Part shown: positions 9,101 to 16,984 of the stretch, piece by piece | Layout of the letters: each line of letters starts with the position of its first letter | Position numbering within the stretch: the first letter of the stretch is position 1 | Origin: an uncultured archaeon | GTDB taxonomy: Archaea; Asgardarchaeota; Heimdallarchaeia; Heimdallarchaeales; Kariarchaeaceae | Length of the DNA: 20,703 nucleotides | Direction of reading: 5' to 3' | NCBI GenBank assembly: GCA_964645535.1 | Contig: CAZYCQ010000004.1 | Span: 87,428 to 108,130, forward strand | Notes under the pieces: model-generated | The model's input: the letters and a program-made list of their open reading frames with translations, nothing else | The model's database searches: none | Told to the model about the DNA's origin: nothing | Program-made: the position numbers and the translations under genes

Positions 9101-9192
9101 CGGTACGTGACGTTCCATTTGCGGAAACATCTATGATATTCATGTTGGCAATACTTATGGGTAAAAGACGAAAAGTTCTATTTAGGTCATAA
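6166..9192 (+). pseudogene. S8 subtilisin-like serine protease, secreted/membrane-anchored, MBTPS1 (site-1 protease)-like architecture; split by two frameshifts (sequencing error or recent inactivation)
   Basis: A signal peptide MRVFLSTIFVFLLVF starts at ATG 6166. A +1 shift at about 6311-6328 leads into the ORF containing IGIIDTG (D, 6653) and IHGTAVAS (H, 6746). A -1 shift at about 6850-6855 leads into the ORF containing SAGNGG, KPDLVA and EGTSFAAP (S, 7249). Downstream are an Ig-like region, a GATase-like/DUF4350-like region (KKIYVDGYH...YLEQGGSLFLTGD), another Ig-like region, an S/T/E-rich linker and a hydrophobic-basic tail. The reconstructed length is about 1008 aa. Confidence 0.85.
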
Positions 9193-9202
9193 AAATTTTA
9201 AC

Positions 9203-9246
9203 AAATTGAGTCAATCAATTTTTCGCGTATAGCACGTACTATGCGC
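9203..9246. terminator. Two short inverted repeats between convergent genes (possible bidirectional terminator)
   Basis: AAATTGA-gtcaa-TCAATTT (9203-9221) and GCGTATAG-cacgta-CTATGCGC (9225-9246, one G-U pair) lie in the 61-nt gap between the protease and RING genes. Confidence 0.3.
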
Positions 9247-9253
9247 AATTCGA

Positions 9254-10522
9254 TCACTTTGGCCGCCACTCTTCTTTGCACCATGGGCACTTGGAGCTTA
9301 TCCTTGTCCAATCGTCCAGATGCTGTGAATGGATCGGTTGCGAGCAGATTGAACATCTCTCAAAGTCTTCTCCAAATGAAATCATGGATCTACAGATTGA
9401 ACAGTATTCTAGTTCTGTGCCACAATTTGGACAGTTGATGTATTGGGGATCCACAACTGATCCGCATTTCCTGCATTGAAGATTTCTGTTCCGTCTGTAA
9501 ATGTTCTTGGATCTCTGCCCCATCTGGTATGAAAACGTTTGGACACGCTCAATTCGTCTCCTGACCCAATCCGGATTGGCCACAAAAAGAACTGCCGCAG
9601 GAACAATAAACAAAATCGTGGAAAGGTAGAGCAAACCTTCAAACTTGGTAATGAAATAGCCGATGGAAAAGCCTATGGCACCGAATATGCTGATCATGGG
9701 AAGTCCTTCAAGAATTGTCCTGAAGTTCTCGTGGATCTTGGAGAGTGCCAGAACAACATAGGTAAATGAGGAGGCAACCACCCTCTTTGCAAACCGGGCA
9801 GAACGGCTCAAATACATCGGAAGTCTACTAATCCACTCGAAAAGTACGTTAATGCCGATCAATAGTGAATTCTTTACGAACACCAACATTGTCCAGATCA
9901 GTTCACGAGCTTCCACTCCAGTCAAAACGAGAATCATTGCAATGGTCGTGAGCTGGACGTTCTTTTCGCTTGGTTCAACCCTCATTGTCTCCAAAACAGG
10001 AAACAGGATCTCCTCAACTCCTGTAAAGAATGTGAAAACCAAGAAAACAACAAGAATCGAGATGAGAATGATCAACGGTGATGTCTTGATTCGGTGGATG
10101 ATCCTTTCCAAGGCAAGTTCAAACCCTATTTTCAGTTTTTTGAACGTAGATATCAGCTTAAGATTCAGTTCATACCTTGTGGTGACAAAGCCAAGGACGA
10201 TCAATATCAGTCCCACTGCTGCAAGTGTCCACTGAATCGAGGTATCCACGGTTATGGCAAATGAAAAAAGAAACATTGGCAATGAAACGATGATTGTCCC
10301 CAAGTATACTATGATTGACCCCAATGCCCAATATTCAGCACCCATGATCCGAAGCCTGTCAATGAGGTAACTCAAAATAACCACAAGAAACCCCAGCGTA
10401 ATCAGACCGAATGGAAGTGCTGATCCGATGATTTGCTGAAGAGTCGGAACAAGAAGCAGAATCATTCCAATGAAAGCAAGACCTATCCCTGCCTGTCCTA
10501 TCCGGGTTGTGTTTGCATTCAT
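9254..10522 (-). CDS. Multi-pass membrane protein with C-terminal Zn-ribbon and RING-type finger (putative membrane E3 ligase)
   Basis: About 8 hydrophobic segments are followed by CRKC-x10-CPNC and CSIC-x12-CSIC-x4-H-x2-H-x3-W-x6-CPWC. The start overlaps the upstream stop (ATGA). Confidence 0.8.
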   Translation of the reverse strand: MNANTTRIGQAGIGLAFIGMILLLVPTLQQIIGSALPFGLITLGFLVVILSYLIDRLRIMGAEYWALGSIIVYLGTIIVSLPMFLFSFAITVDTSIQWTLAAVGLILIVLGFVTTRYELNLKLISTFKKLKIGFELALERIIHRIKTSPLIILISILVVFLVFTFFTGVEEILFPVLETMRVEPSEKNVQLTTIAMILVLTGVEARELIWTMLVFVKNSLLIGINVLFEWISRLPMYLSRSARFAKRVVASSFTYVVLALSKIHENFRTILEGLPMISIFGAIGFSIGYFITKFEGLLYLSTILFIVPAAVLFVANPDWVRRRIERVQTFSYQMGQRSKNIYRRNRNLQCRKCGSVVDPQYINCPNCGTELEYCSICRSMISFGEDFERCSICSQPIHSQHLDDWTRISSKCPWCKEEWRPK

Positions 10523-12387
10523 GCCTTGGGACCTCCTAAATCAATTCCTGAAATCTTAAGATCCTCCCTTCTTGCGTAGGTATATCTGGGCATGAGGATG
10601 CCGAAAGTTACCATCATTCCTCCCAGAATGATTGTTTGCAATTCTGGCAGATCTGGAAGGAAGGATTCAAACCACGTTCCTCCGACCGTCCCGGAGAGGA
10701 TCAACAGGATCCCGAAGATGATGCCTGCTATGCCCAAAAAGAAGGAAAGAACCAGAAAAATGTTCGAAAGTATGGCTTCCACCACCTTGAGCATCCACTG
10801 TCCAAATCCTCCAAGGTTATTCCAGATACTCATGAGGATGTTTTTGGGAAGCGTATAAATCCAGAACCTGAAAAATCGGTTGACTGTCCCGAGTAGCACC
10901 AGCCCAAATAAGGCAACAACAGGTCTTGCATAGGGTAGGTCGGGTATCCAAAAATTGAAAATTGACATGGTCAGAAAGGTATATCCAAAGAAATATGCAA
11001 CAAACCTCTGATTTTGAAATGCCTTGAACATGCTCTTTCCAAACTCTTTCATGATTTGTGTGGTCGTATCAAAAGAGAGGGAAAATGAAAGGAAAGAAAG
11101 AATCAATGAAATCCACCATGGAAGGTAGCTTCCAGTCAGTACCACAATGAAGAATACAAGGCTCAAAGAGAGACCAATGAAGGCACGAAGAACCTTTCTG
11201 TTCGCAAAATGCTTGAAATATCTCCTGAATAAGGAACCAGTGATAATCATATAATAGGTCAACCTATCAACCAGTCTCAAAATCCAAAACCGATTGAACG
11301 ACATAATTAGGAGAGTTCCAACCCCTATTGCCAAAACTCTGTACTTTTCTGGAACAATGTCGATCTTTGCAACCAATGCAATTCCTGCAAAGGTCGGAAC
11401 AAGATTGTATTCAATTACAATTCTTCCTGCTGTGGATACTGCATGTCTTGTTCGTATTGCAACCGATTTGGCAAATCTGCCCAACATTCGATACAGCTTG
11501 AAATTGTCAAATGAGTAAAGGCACAATACAGAAAACACGAATAACGGCAATCTAAATTGTTCCTCAACAAAGAAAACCCCCCCAATGCCAATTATTCCTG
11601 TTCCCACAAGAAGAATAGAGGGGTCTTTTAGAATATAATCACGAATCTCAATGATCGTAGCTTTAAGCCCCTCTCCCAAAATTTTCAGCCCTATCCAGAA
11701 CAATCTTGCCATTTTTGGTCCAATGACCATTAAGTCCCTGAACAGAGCCATTACAATCATTACACTCCCGACAATCCAATAGTCAATAGGAAAGATGTTG
11801 GGAACTGGGAGAAATTCAACCATGACCAATATGACTCCAAAAAGAAATAGATGGTATTCAAGGGCAGTCAGTGGATCATTCATGATGAACCTTTGATATG
11901 ATCTTAAAAGCGAGATCAAGTTCTTCGGCAACTGTTTCAGGAATGCTCCGAACCAAATGATCCAGCCTTTGATAAGGGTAAAAAATCCTCGAAACACTGC
12001 TTCAAACAGCCTATCCAGAAGCAAAACCCGGCCAATTATGGCAAAGACTACCATCCAGAACCCAATTAGGGCTAGATTTATCCCAGTGTCCATAAATGTG
12101 TCAATTACCAGCAAAATCGTGGATGAAAGCAATAGGGCATTCAGGAAGTAATTACCCAATGTGCCTTTGTTGGAGAAAATACTAGTCACGAGAATAAATA
12201 GGGTTCCCACTCCTAGAACTTGGAACACTCCTGATGGGACATCTCTTCCATAGATCAAAAGAATGCCTAGAATCAAAGAAACCAGCATCAGGAGATTGAC
12301 AATAAAAAGAAACCAAAGGATAAACTTCTGATCACTGGTTTTCGTCTCATCAAGATTTTTCGAGGATTTGGTGCTCATCCAAGTCAA
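10519..12387 (-). CDS. Large multi-pass membrane protein of unknown function with repeated hairpin + amphipathic-helix units
   Basis: 622-aa ORF with about 14-16 hydrophobic segments arranged in pairs and separated by basic amphipathic stretches. An alternative ATG lies at 12378. Confidence 0.8.
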   Translation of the reverse strand: MTWMSTKSSKNLDETKTSDQKFILWFLFIVNLLMLVSLILGILLIYGRDVPSGVFQVLGVGTLFILVTSIFSNKGTLGNYFLNALLLSSTILLVIDTFMDTGINLALIGFWMVVFAIIGRVLLLDRLFEAVFRGFFTLIKGWIIWFGAFLKQLPKNLISLLRSYQRFIMNDPLTALEYHLFLFGVILVMVEFLPVPNIFPIDYWIVGSVMIVMALFRDLMVIGPKMARLFWIGLKILGEGLKATIIEIRDYILKDPSILLVGTGIIGIGGVFFVEEQFRLPLFVFSVLCLYSFDNFKLYRMLGRFAKSVAIRTRHAVSTAGRIVIEYNLVPTFAGIALVAKIDIVPEKYRVLAIGVGTLLIMSFNRFWILRLVDRLTYYMIITGSLFRRYFKHFANRKVLRAFIGLSLSLVFFIVVLTGSYLPWWISLILSFLSFSLSFDTTTQIMKEFGKSMFKAFQNQRFVAYFFGYTFLTMSIFNFWIPDLPYARPVVALFGLVLLGTVNRFFRFWIYTLPKNILMSIWNNLGGFGQWMLKVVEAILSNIFLVLSFFLGIAGIIFGILLILSGTVGGTWFESFLPDLPELQTIILGGMMVTFGILMPRYTYARREDLKISGIDLGGPKA

Positions 12388-12453
12388 TTTTGTCTTTTCT
12401 CTTTTTTAAAGTACATTGAACCCTATAGTAAATTGACCAATCTTTGGGTCACA

Positions 12454-12942
12454 TCAAATTTGATATTCCTTCTTGTTCATCACCTGACGGATGGTAAGCA
12501 TTCCTGTTTCCGTATCAAAGATGATGGTTCGTCCATAGTTTTCTCCGACATCTTCCGCAACAATTCGTATCCCCAATCCTTCAAGGATTTTCTTAACAGA
12601 ATCAATATTTCTCCTTCCGATATCTAGATTATTCGAGGCAGTATTGGTCTCAAACATCTTCGCTCCCCCTGCTATCTTCGCAATTAGGTTCTTCCGGCTT
12701 GCACCATGGGTTTCCAACATCCGGATTGCTTCCGGAATGGCTGTTGTTGCGAATTTTCCAGGATTGGCTCCCTGATCGCTATTCATTTCTGTCGGAAGAA
12801 GGACATGAGCCAAGGCAGCAATCTTGGTGTTCTTGTCATACAAAACCACGCCTACACAACTCCCAAGAGCTAGTGCCTGAAGTTTGGCGGGAGCACGGGC
12901 GATCTGAATCTCCCCGATTTTGGCAGTCAATACCTGCGACAT
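12454..12942 (-). CDS. cheD: Chemoreceptor glutamine deamidase CheD
   Basis: ALGSCVGVVLYD (catalytic C), AHVLLP (H), KIAGGAKMF, IGRRNI and DVGENYGRTI. The start is placed at ATG 12942, overlapping the cheC stop (TGATG). Confidence 0.95.
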   Translation of the reverse strand: MSQVLTAKIGEIQIARAPAKLQALALGSCVGVVLYDKNTKIAALAHVLLPTEMNSDQGANPGKFATTAIPEAIRMLETHGASRKNLIAKIAGGAKMFETNTASNNLDIGRRNIDSVKKILEGLGIRIVAEDVGENYGRTIIFDTETGMLTIRQVMNKKEYQI

Positions 12943-13604
12943 CAATACATCGCCTCCCAATTCTCTCCATACAGGGTGGTCATCAAGGCATTCATGGCCT
13001 TTCGATCCGGTAGCATGAGGATATCTCCCTTGATTTTTTCCTCGTCCGTGAAGATGTCCACCTCAACCAGAAGAAATTTGTCTCCTGTATCTCCTTCAAT
13101 TGAAACAAGCTCATCAGTTAATGCACCTACCATGTCTATGGCAAGGCTCGGTGCATGGGGGAACCATTTCGCTTCGGTAAAGCTGTTGATCGCTGAAATG
13201 GTATGAATAAGAAGGATATTGCCGGTTTCTTTGATGATGGATCTTGAAAGTTCATCTAAATCTTCAATCCGGCTTGGAATGGGTGATGCAACCAAGGTTC
13301 CAAGGAGTTGTTTGATGGATTCGAAATCGAATATGAGCAAAAGGTTCAGAACACCCTTTTCATCCTCAGACGTCTCTTGCAGTATACCTGCTACAACCTC
13401 CTCTGGTGTTTCCGCCAAGTATTCTCCCACATCTGCTATCGGGACAAACCTGACCCGCGGAATGCTCATATCAACCCGTCGGTTCAGAAGTTGCGAAAGT
13501 GCAGTTGCTGCATGACCCACACCAATATTGCTTAACTCCTGAAGGGCCTCAATCTTTGGATCATAATCTTCAAAGAGCCCATCATCGGGAATCCTTAAAC
13601 CCAT
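12942..13604 (-). CDS. cheC: CheY-P phosphatase CheC
   Basis: Two CheC E-x2-N motifs, ALQELSNIGVGHAATALSQLL...SIP and IIKETGNIL...APSLAIDM. Adjacent to cheD. Confidence 0.93.
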   Translation of the reverse strand: MGLRIPDDGLFEDYDPKIEALQELSNIGVGHAATALSQLLNRRVDMSIPRVRFVPIADVGEYLAETPEEVVAGILQETSEDEKGVLNLLLIFDFESIKQLLGTLVASPIPSRIEDLDELSRSIIKETGNILLIHTISAINSFTEAKWFPHAPSLAIDMVGALTDELVSIEGDTGDKFLLVEVDIFTDEEKIKGDILMLPDRKAMNALMTTLYGENWEAMY

Positions 13605-13724
13605 CTGTTCTCTATTACAACTTTTGCTGATAAAAACTAACTGTTAGTAAATGGTTTATTGATAGAAATTCCTTAATTTTGTTCTAGATCATGGACATTG
13701 ATGTCAATCCTTGTTTTTCCTTCC

Positions 13725-14318
13725 CTAGGCACGTTCACCATAATAGAAACCTAAGTAGATCGCAGCCGCTGCAATCCATTGTTCCAAAAACTGAAAGGTA
13801 GGGTTGAATGCAGTGACATAGAATGTGAAACCGACAATGGCTATTGCAGCAACTGCATTCAGATGTTCAATCAGGCTGGTTTTGTTCAATCGTTCCTCCT
13901 CAACTCCTCGGCGCCGTCGGAATGCCACCTTGAATCGGTTGAAGGTTCGACCGAAAAGAAATCCGAAAATAATGGTTGCAATGTCCATATAATAGTCTGG
14001 AATGCTGATCCCAATATATTGGAGATACAGTACCTGAAAAATGAAAAATATAATCAAGATGGTTCTGATGGTTCCTGAAGGCAACCCCCACGCCCGATCT
14101 GCTCGGGTTGAGGTATCTCTTGGAATTACCATCCCCCTGGCTCTCATTCGCCCTCCGAAATAAAATGCTAATGCCACGAGTACAATGCTTGCTACTTGGT
14201 CTGCAAACGGTTCCTCACGGATGGTGATCAGAAACAGATCCGTGGACAACAACAACGTCAATGTTGCACGGACAGAACCCTTAGGCAAACCCAACGGATA
14301 TGGATATGGAAATCCCAT
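13725..14318 (-). CDS. Small multi-pass membrane protein built from three 2-TM repeats (GLPxG[ST][VI]R ... [AG]F[YL][FY]G)
   Basis: The repeats are PLGLPKGSVRA...AFYFGGR, AWGLPSGTIRT...GFLFGR and ...GFYYGER. The start was moved from 14396 to ATG 14318, which removes the overlap with the upstream gene and places TTAATAAAA (14340-14348) upstream. Confidence 0.75.
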   Translation of the reverse strand: MGFPYPYPLGLPKGSVRATLTLLLSTDLFLITIREEPFADQVASIVLVALAFYFGGRMRARGMVIPRDTSTRADRAWGLPSGTIRTILIIFFIFQVLYLQYIGISIPDYYMDIATIIFGFLFGRTFNRFKVAFRRRRGVEEERLNKTSLIEHLNAVAAIAIVGFTFYVTAFNPTFQFLEQWIAAAAIYLGFYYGERA

Positions 14319-14361
14319 ACCGAGTCGATTCGTAAATGGTTTTATTAACCTATCGCGGCTC

Positions 14362-15054
14362 TTATACCACATAACGGGATGGTTTGGAAAAATCAAACCT
14401 TACATTGAATTTCTCTGCAAACTTGCAGTTGGCTTCCATTCCGTAGTTTCGCCTTCGTGTATAGAACCAGTCATCTGCTTCCTTCCAATCATAGATTTCT
14501 GAATAGAAATCAATTGCCGCTTTTGCCTGCTCAATGGCCGATGTGATGTCAACATATTTGATTGGCAGGTTTACTATGGATTCATAATAGCTAAGAAAGG
14601 TGACATTCTTGCGATGAGGCTCCATATTTACAATGTTTTTGATTCTCGCAAACTTGATTGCCTCAAAAGCCAGATAACCTGTGTTCTTGTGGTCACTGTG
14701 AATATTGAAAAATCCCCAAGAAATTACTGCATCAGGTTTGTTGGTGGCATAAAATTTGGCAACTTCCACCCTTTGTTCGTTTGTATTTTCAACCTTCCCA
14801 TCTCCAAAACCCAAAATATATGACGATTCAGCGCCAACTATTTTAGCAATTTCTTCTGTATGTCTTTTTCTTTCCTTCTTGATTTCTTCAGGGCTCAAGT
14901 CAGGAAGAAGTGTTGTCAGTTCCCCATAGGTCGTCCACGCCATGATTACCCGATCCCCACGTTCTGCATGATTGGCTAGAGTACCGATTGCACCAAGTTC
15001 GTCATCAGGATGGGCGAATAAAGAGATGATTGTCTTCTTCTCACTGTCTGCCAT
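14362..15054 (-). CDS. PIG-L/LmbE family deacetylase (BshB/MshB-like)
   Basis: LFAHPDDE, WTTYGE, GFGDG and HSDH motifs. Confidence 0.92.
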   Translation of the reverse strand: MADSEKKTIISLFAHPDDELGAIGTLANHAERGDRVIMAWTTYGELTTLLPDLSPEEIKKERKRHTEEIAKIVGAESSYILGFGDGKVENTNEQRVEVAKFYATNKPDAVISWGFFNIHSDHKNTGYLAFEAIKFARIKNIVNMEPHRKNVTFLSYYESIVNLPIKYVDITSAIEQAKAAIDFYSEIYDWKEADDWFYTRRRNYGMEANCKFAEKFNVRFDFSKPSRYVV

Positions 15055-15265
15055 GACCTGACCACTTGAAAATCGGTTAAAAACACCAACATTCAGGTAA
15101 TCTCACTTCGAAATGGTCTAAAAGGAAGTTTTTTTTCGGAATTGCTTCTCCTTTCTTCGAACACTGTTCGATATTTTTGGAAAAATGAACAAAATTGCAT
15201 TTTTTTCCGACCGTTTTTATAAATAATATCCGTAGAATTAAATACTATAGGGGTGAAAGGAATTT

Positions 15266-15949
15266 GTGGACACCATTTTTTCCATTCTGGATTTGGAGAC
15301 AGAGGAAATCGATGGTCTAGTTTACTATGTAAATATGGCATGTTCATTTGACGCTATTGTGGCGAAACAGGGGCATCCAATTGAGATCTCTGATGAAGAA
15401 GATTGGTCCATTGTTCACAAATTACGATCACAATCCGTTGCCGTTCTCGTCGGAAGTACAACAATCTTGGCCGACGATCCAAGCCTGCTGGTGAAATCAA
15501 AATATGTCCCAAATGCCCATCATCCCCTCAGAATTGTCCTTGATAGAAGAGGAAGATTGACAGGTCGCGAAAAGGTTTTCAAAAACCAAGACAAGTCACG
15601 AACATTATGGTTCACTTCAAAACGATTGAGACTTACCAAGGAACCAAAATACCATATAGTTAAGGTTCGGGAGAACATAGAAACCGAGGAATTAATCCAG
15701 TTGATTGCACAAACCTTGCAACAAGATTACAATATCAAAGAGGGATTCATCATGGTTGAGGGAGGACCTCATGTGGTGAAATCCTTCCTTGAAGCAGGCG
15801 TGGTTAAACGATTCAGGCTCTATCGATCCAATTCCATCGAAGAATCAGGGGTCCCCATTTTCTCATTAAGACCCCGTGTTACTCTGGTGCCCCATCAAGC
15901 AAGAGTCATGAAGTCAGGCATTGAAGAATTATATGAAATCAAGATATAG
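15266..15949 (+). CDS. RibD C-terminal/DHFR-family reductase (2,5-diamino-6-ribosylamino-pyrimidinone 5'-phosphate reductase-like)
   Basis: Motifs NMACSFDAIVA, ISDEED..VHKLRS..AVLVGSTTILADDPSL, PLRIVLD and IMVEGG. A GGGGTGA SD sequence precedes the GTG start. Confidence 0.88.
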   Translation: MDTIFSILDLETEEIDGLVYYVNMACSFDAIVAKQGHPIEISDEEDWSIVHKLRSQSVAVLVGSTTILADDPSLLVKSKYVPNAHHPLRIVLDRRGRLTGREKVFKNQDKSRTLWFTSKRLRLTKEPKYHIVKVRENIETEELIQLIAQTLQQDYNIKEGFIMVEGGPHVVKSFLEAGVVKRFRLYRSNSIEESGVPIFSLRPRVTLVPHQARVMKSGIEELYEIKI

Positions 15950-16027
15950 AAGTGTTTGCATCGAAATGAAGCGTTGCTTTCGTTCGGCTCGAAAATTGTT
16001 TTAATCATATCATGAGAAATATGTTCA

Positions 16028-16921
16028 TTGAAAGAAAAGACCGATGACCATCAAGAACTGGATGAAGTGACAAGATACCTACTTACCCTCAAGGAAGATG
16101 TGAAACCGCCAGAAGGGTTTGAAGTAAACTACATTCAACTTTCAGATGGTGGGAAAGTTCGTCACCTAAGATTTGTTCCTGAAAATCCAATTGCTCAAGT
16201 CATTCTCATTCCAGGCCTAAATACGTTATTGATGTCATGGTACAAGTTTCTTCTTCTTCTCCAAAAAGAACGATTTCAAATAGACTATGTTGAAACAAGG
16301 GAAAAAAGGACATCAATTTTGAAAAAGGCCAAGAGCATTACCTATGAACGACTTATTCAGGATGTAAAGGAAGCCTATGAGAAAGTGAATGAACAAGGTT
16401 TGAAAACCGTGGCTCTTGGATCTTCCATGGGGGCAAACCTTATTCTTCTTTCTTTGGCTAGGCAAGAAATCGATCCGGATTTTGCAGTTCTTGTTGGACC
16501 ACTTCTTGATTTTCATATCCCCAAATTCTTTAAGTTTGTCTCACCATTTCTCAACAGGGTCACTTTTACCATCATCAAACCGATAGCTTGGTGGTTTGTT
16601 CTTCCAAGATTCCTAAATAAGGAAAAGGATCCGTTTCAAGCCCATAAGTATGAACTTGGATTCAAGTTGGGGGATGCAACAAAAATGAAGTATGCTTTCA
16701 AAAGCTGGGCTGGAACCACATTGCGGGAGGATCTTCCCAAAATCAACGGAAAGAAAACCCAAGTTGTACTTATAGGTGCCGAAGAAGATAAGTTGCATGC
16801 GGCAGACGAAACCAAAAAAATCGCTGAAATGACTGAAAATGCCATGTATATTGACCTCAAGACAAATTTTGCCGCCCATGACCAACCTTTGGTTGATCTT
16901 CTGAAAGAACTTGTTTCTTGA
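16028..16921 (+). CDS. Alpha/beta hydrolase
   Basis: Oxyanion region LIPGLN, nucleophile elbow GSSMG, acid residue in GAEED and a C-terminal His in AAH. Confidence 0.88.
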   Translation: MKEKTDDHQELDEVTRYLLTLKEDVKPPEGFEVNYIQLSDGGKVRHLRFVPENPIAQVILIPGLNTLLMSWYKFLLLLQKERFQIDYVETREKRTSILKKAKSITYERLIQDVKEAYEKVNEQGLKTVALGSSMGANLILLSLARQEIDPDFAVLVGPLLDFHIPKFFKFVSPFLNRVTFTIIKPIAWWFVLPRFLNKEKDPFQAHKYELGFKLGDATKMKYAFKSWAGTTLREDLPKINGKKTQVVLIGAEEDKLHAADETKKIAEMTENAMYIDLKTNFAAHDQPLVDLLKELVS

Positions 16922-16984
16922 ATTATGATCCGTTTTTGAGACGAAATGGGGGAAAAATTCTTTTGTCATGCTGATGAATGATAT

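Noticed and set aside
14296-14312. Short tandem repeat GGATAT-GGATAT-GGAAA
   Set aside because: It simply encodes FPYPYP in the minus-strand gene and is not an array.
13725-14318. Potassium channel selectivity filter
   Set aside because: The FYFG/FYYG motifs sit at the ends of TM helices, and there is no TxGYG signature.
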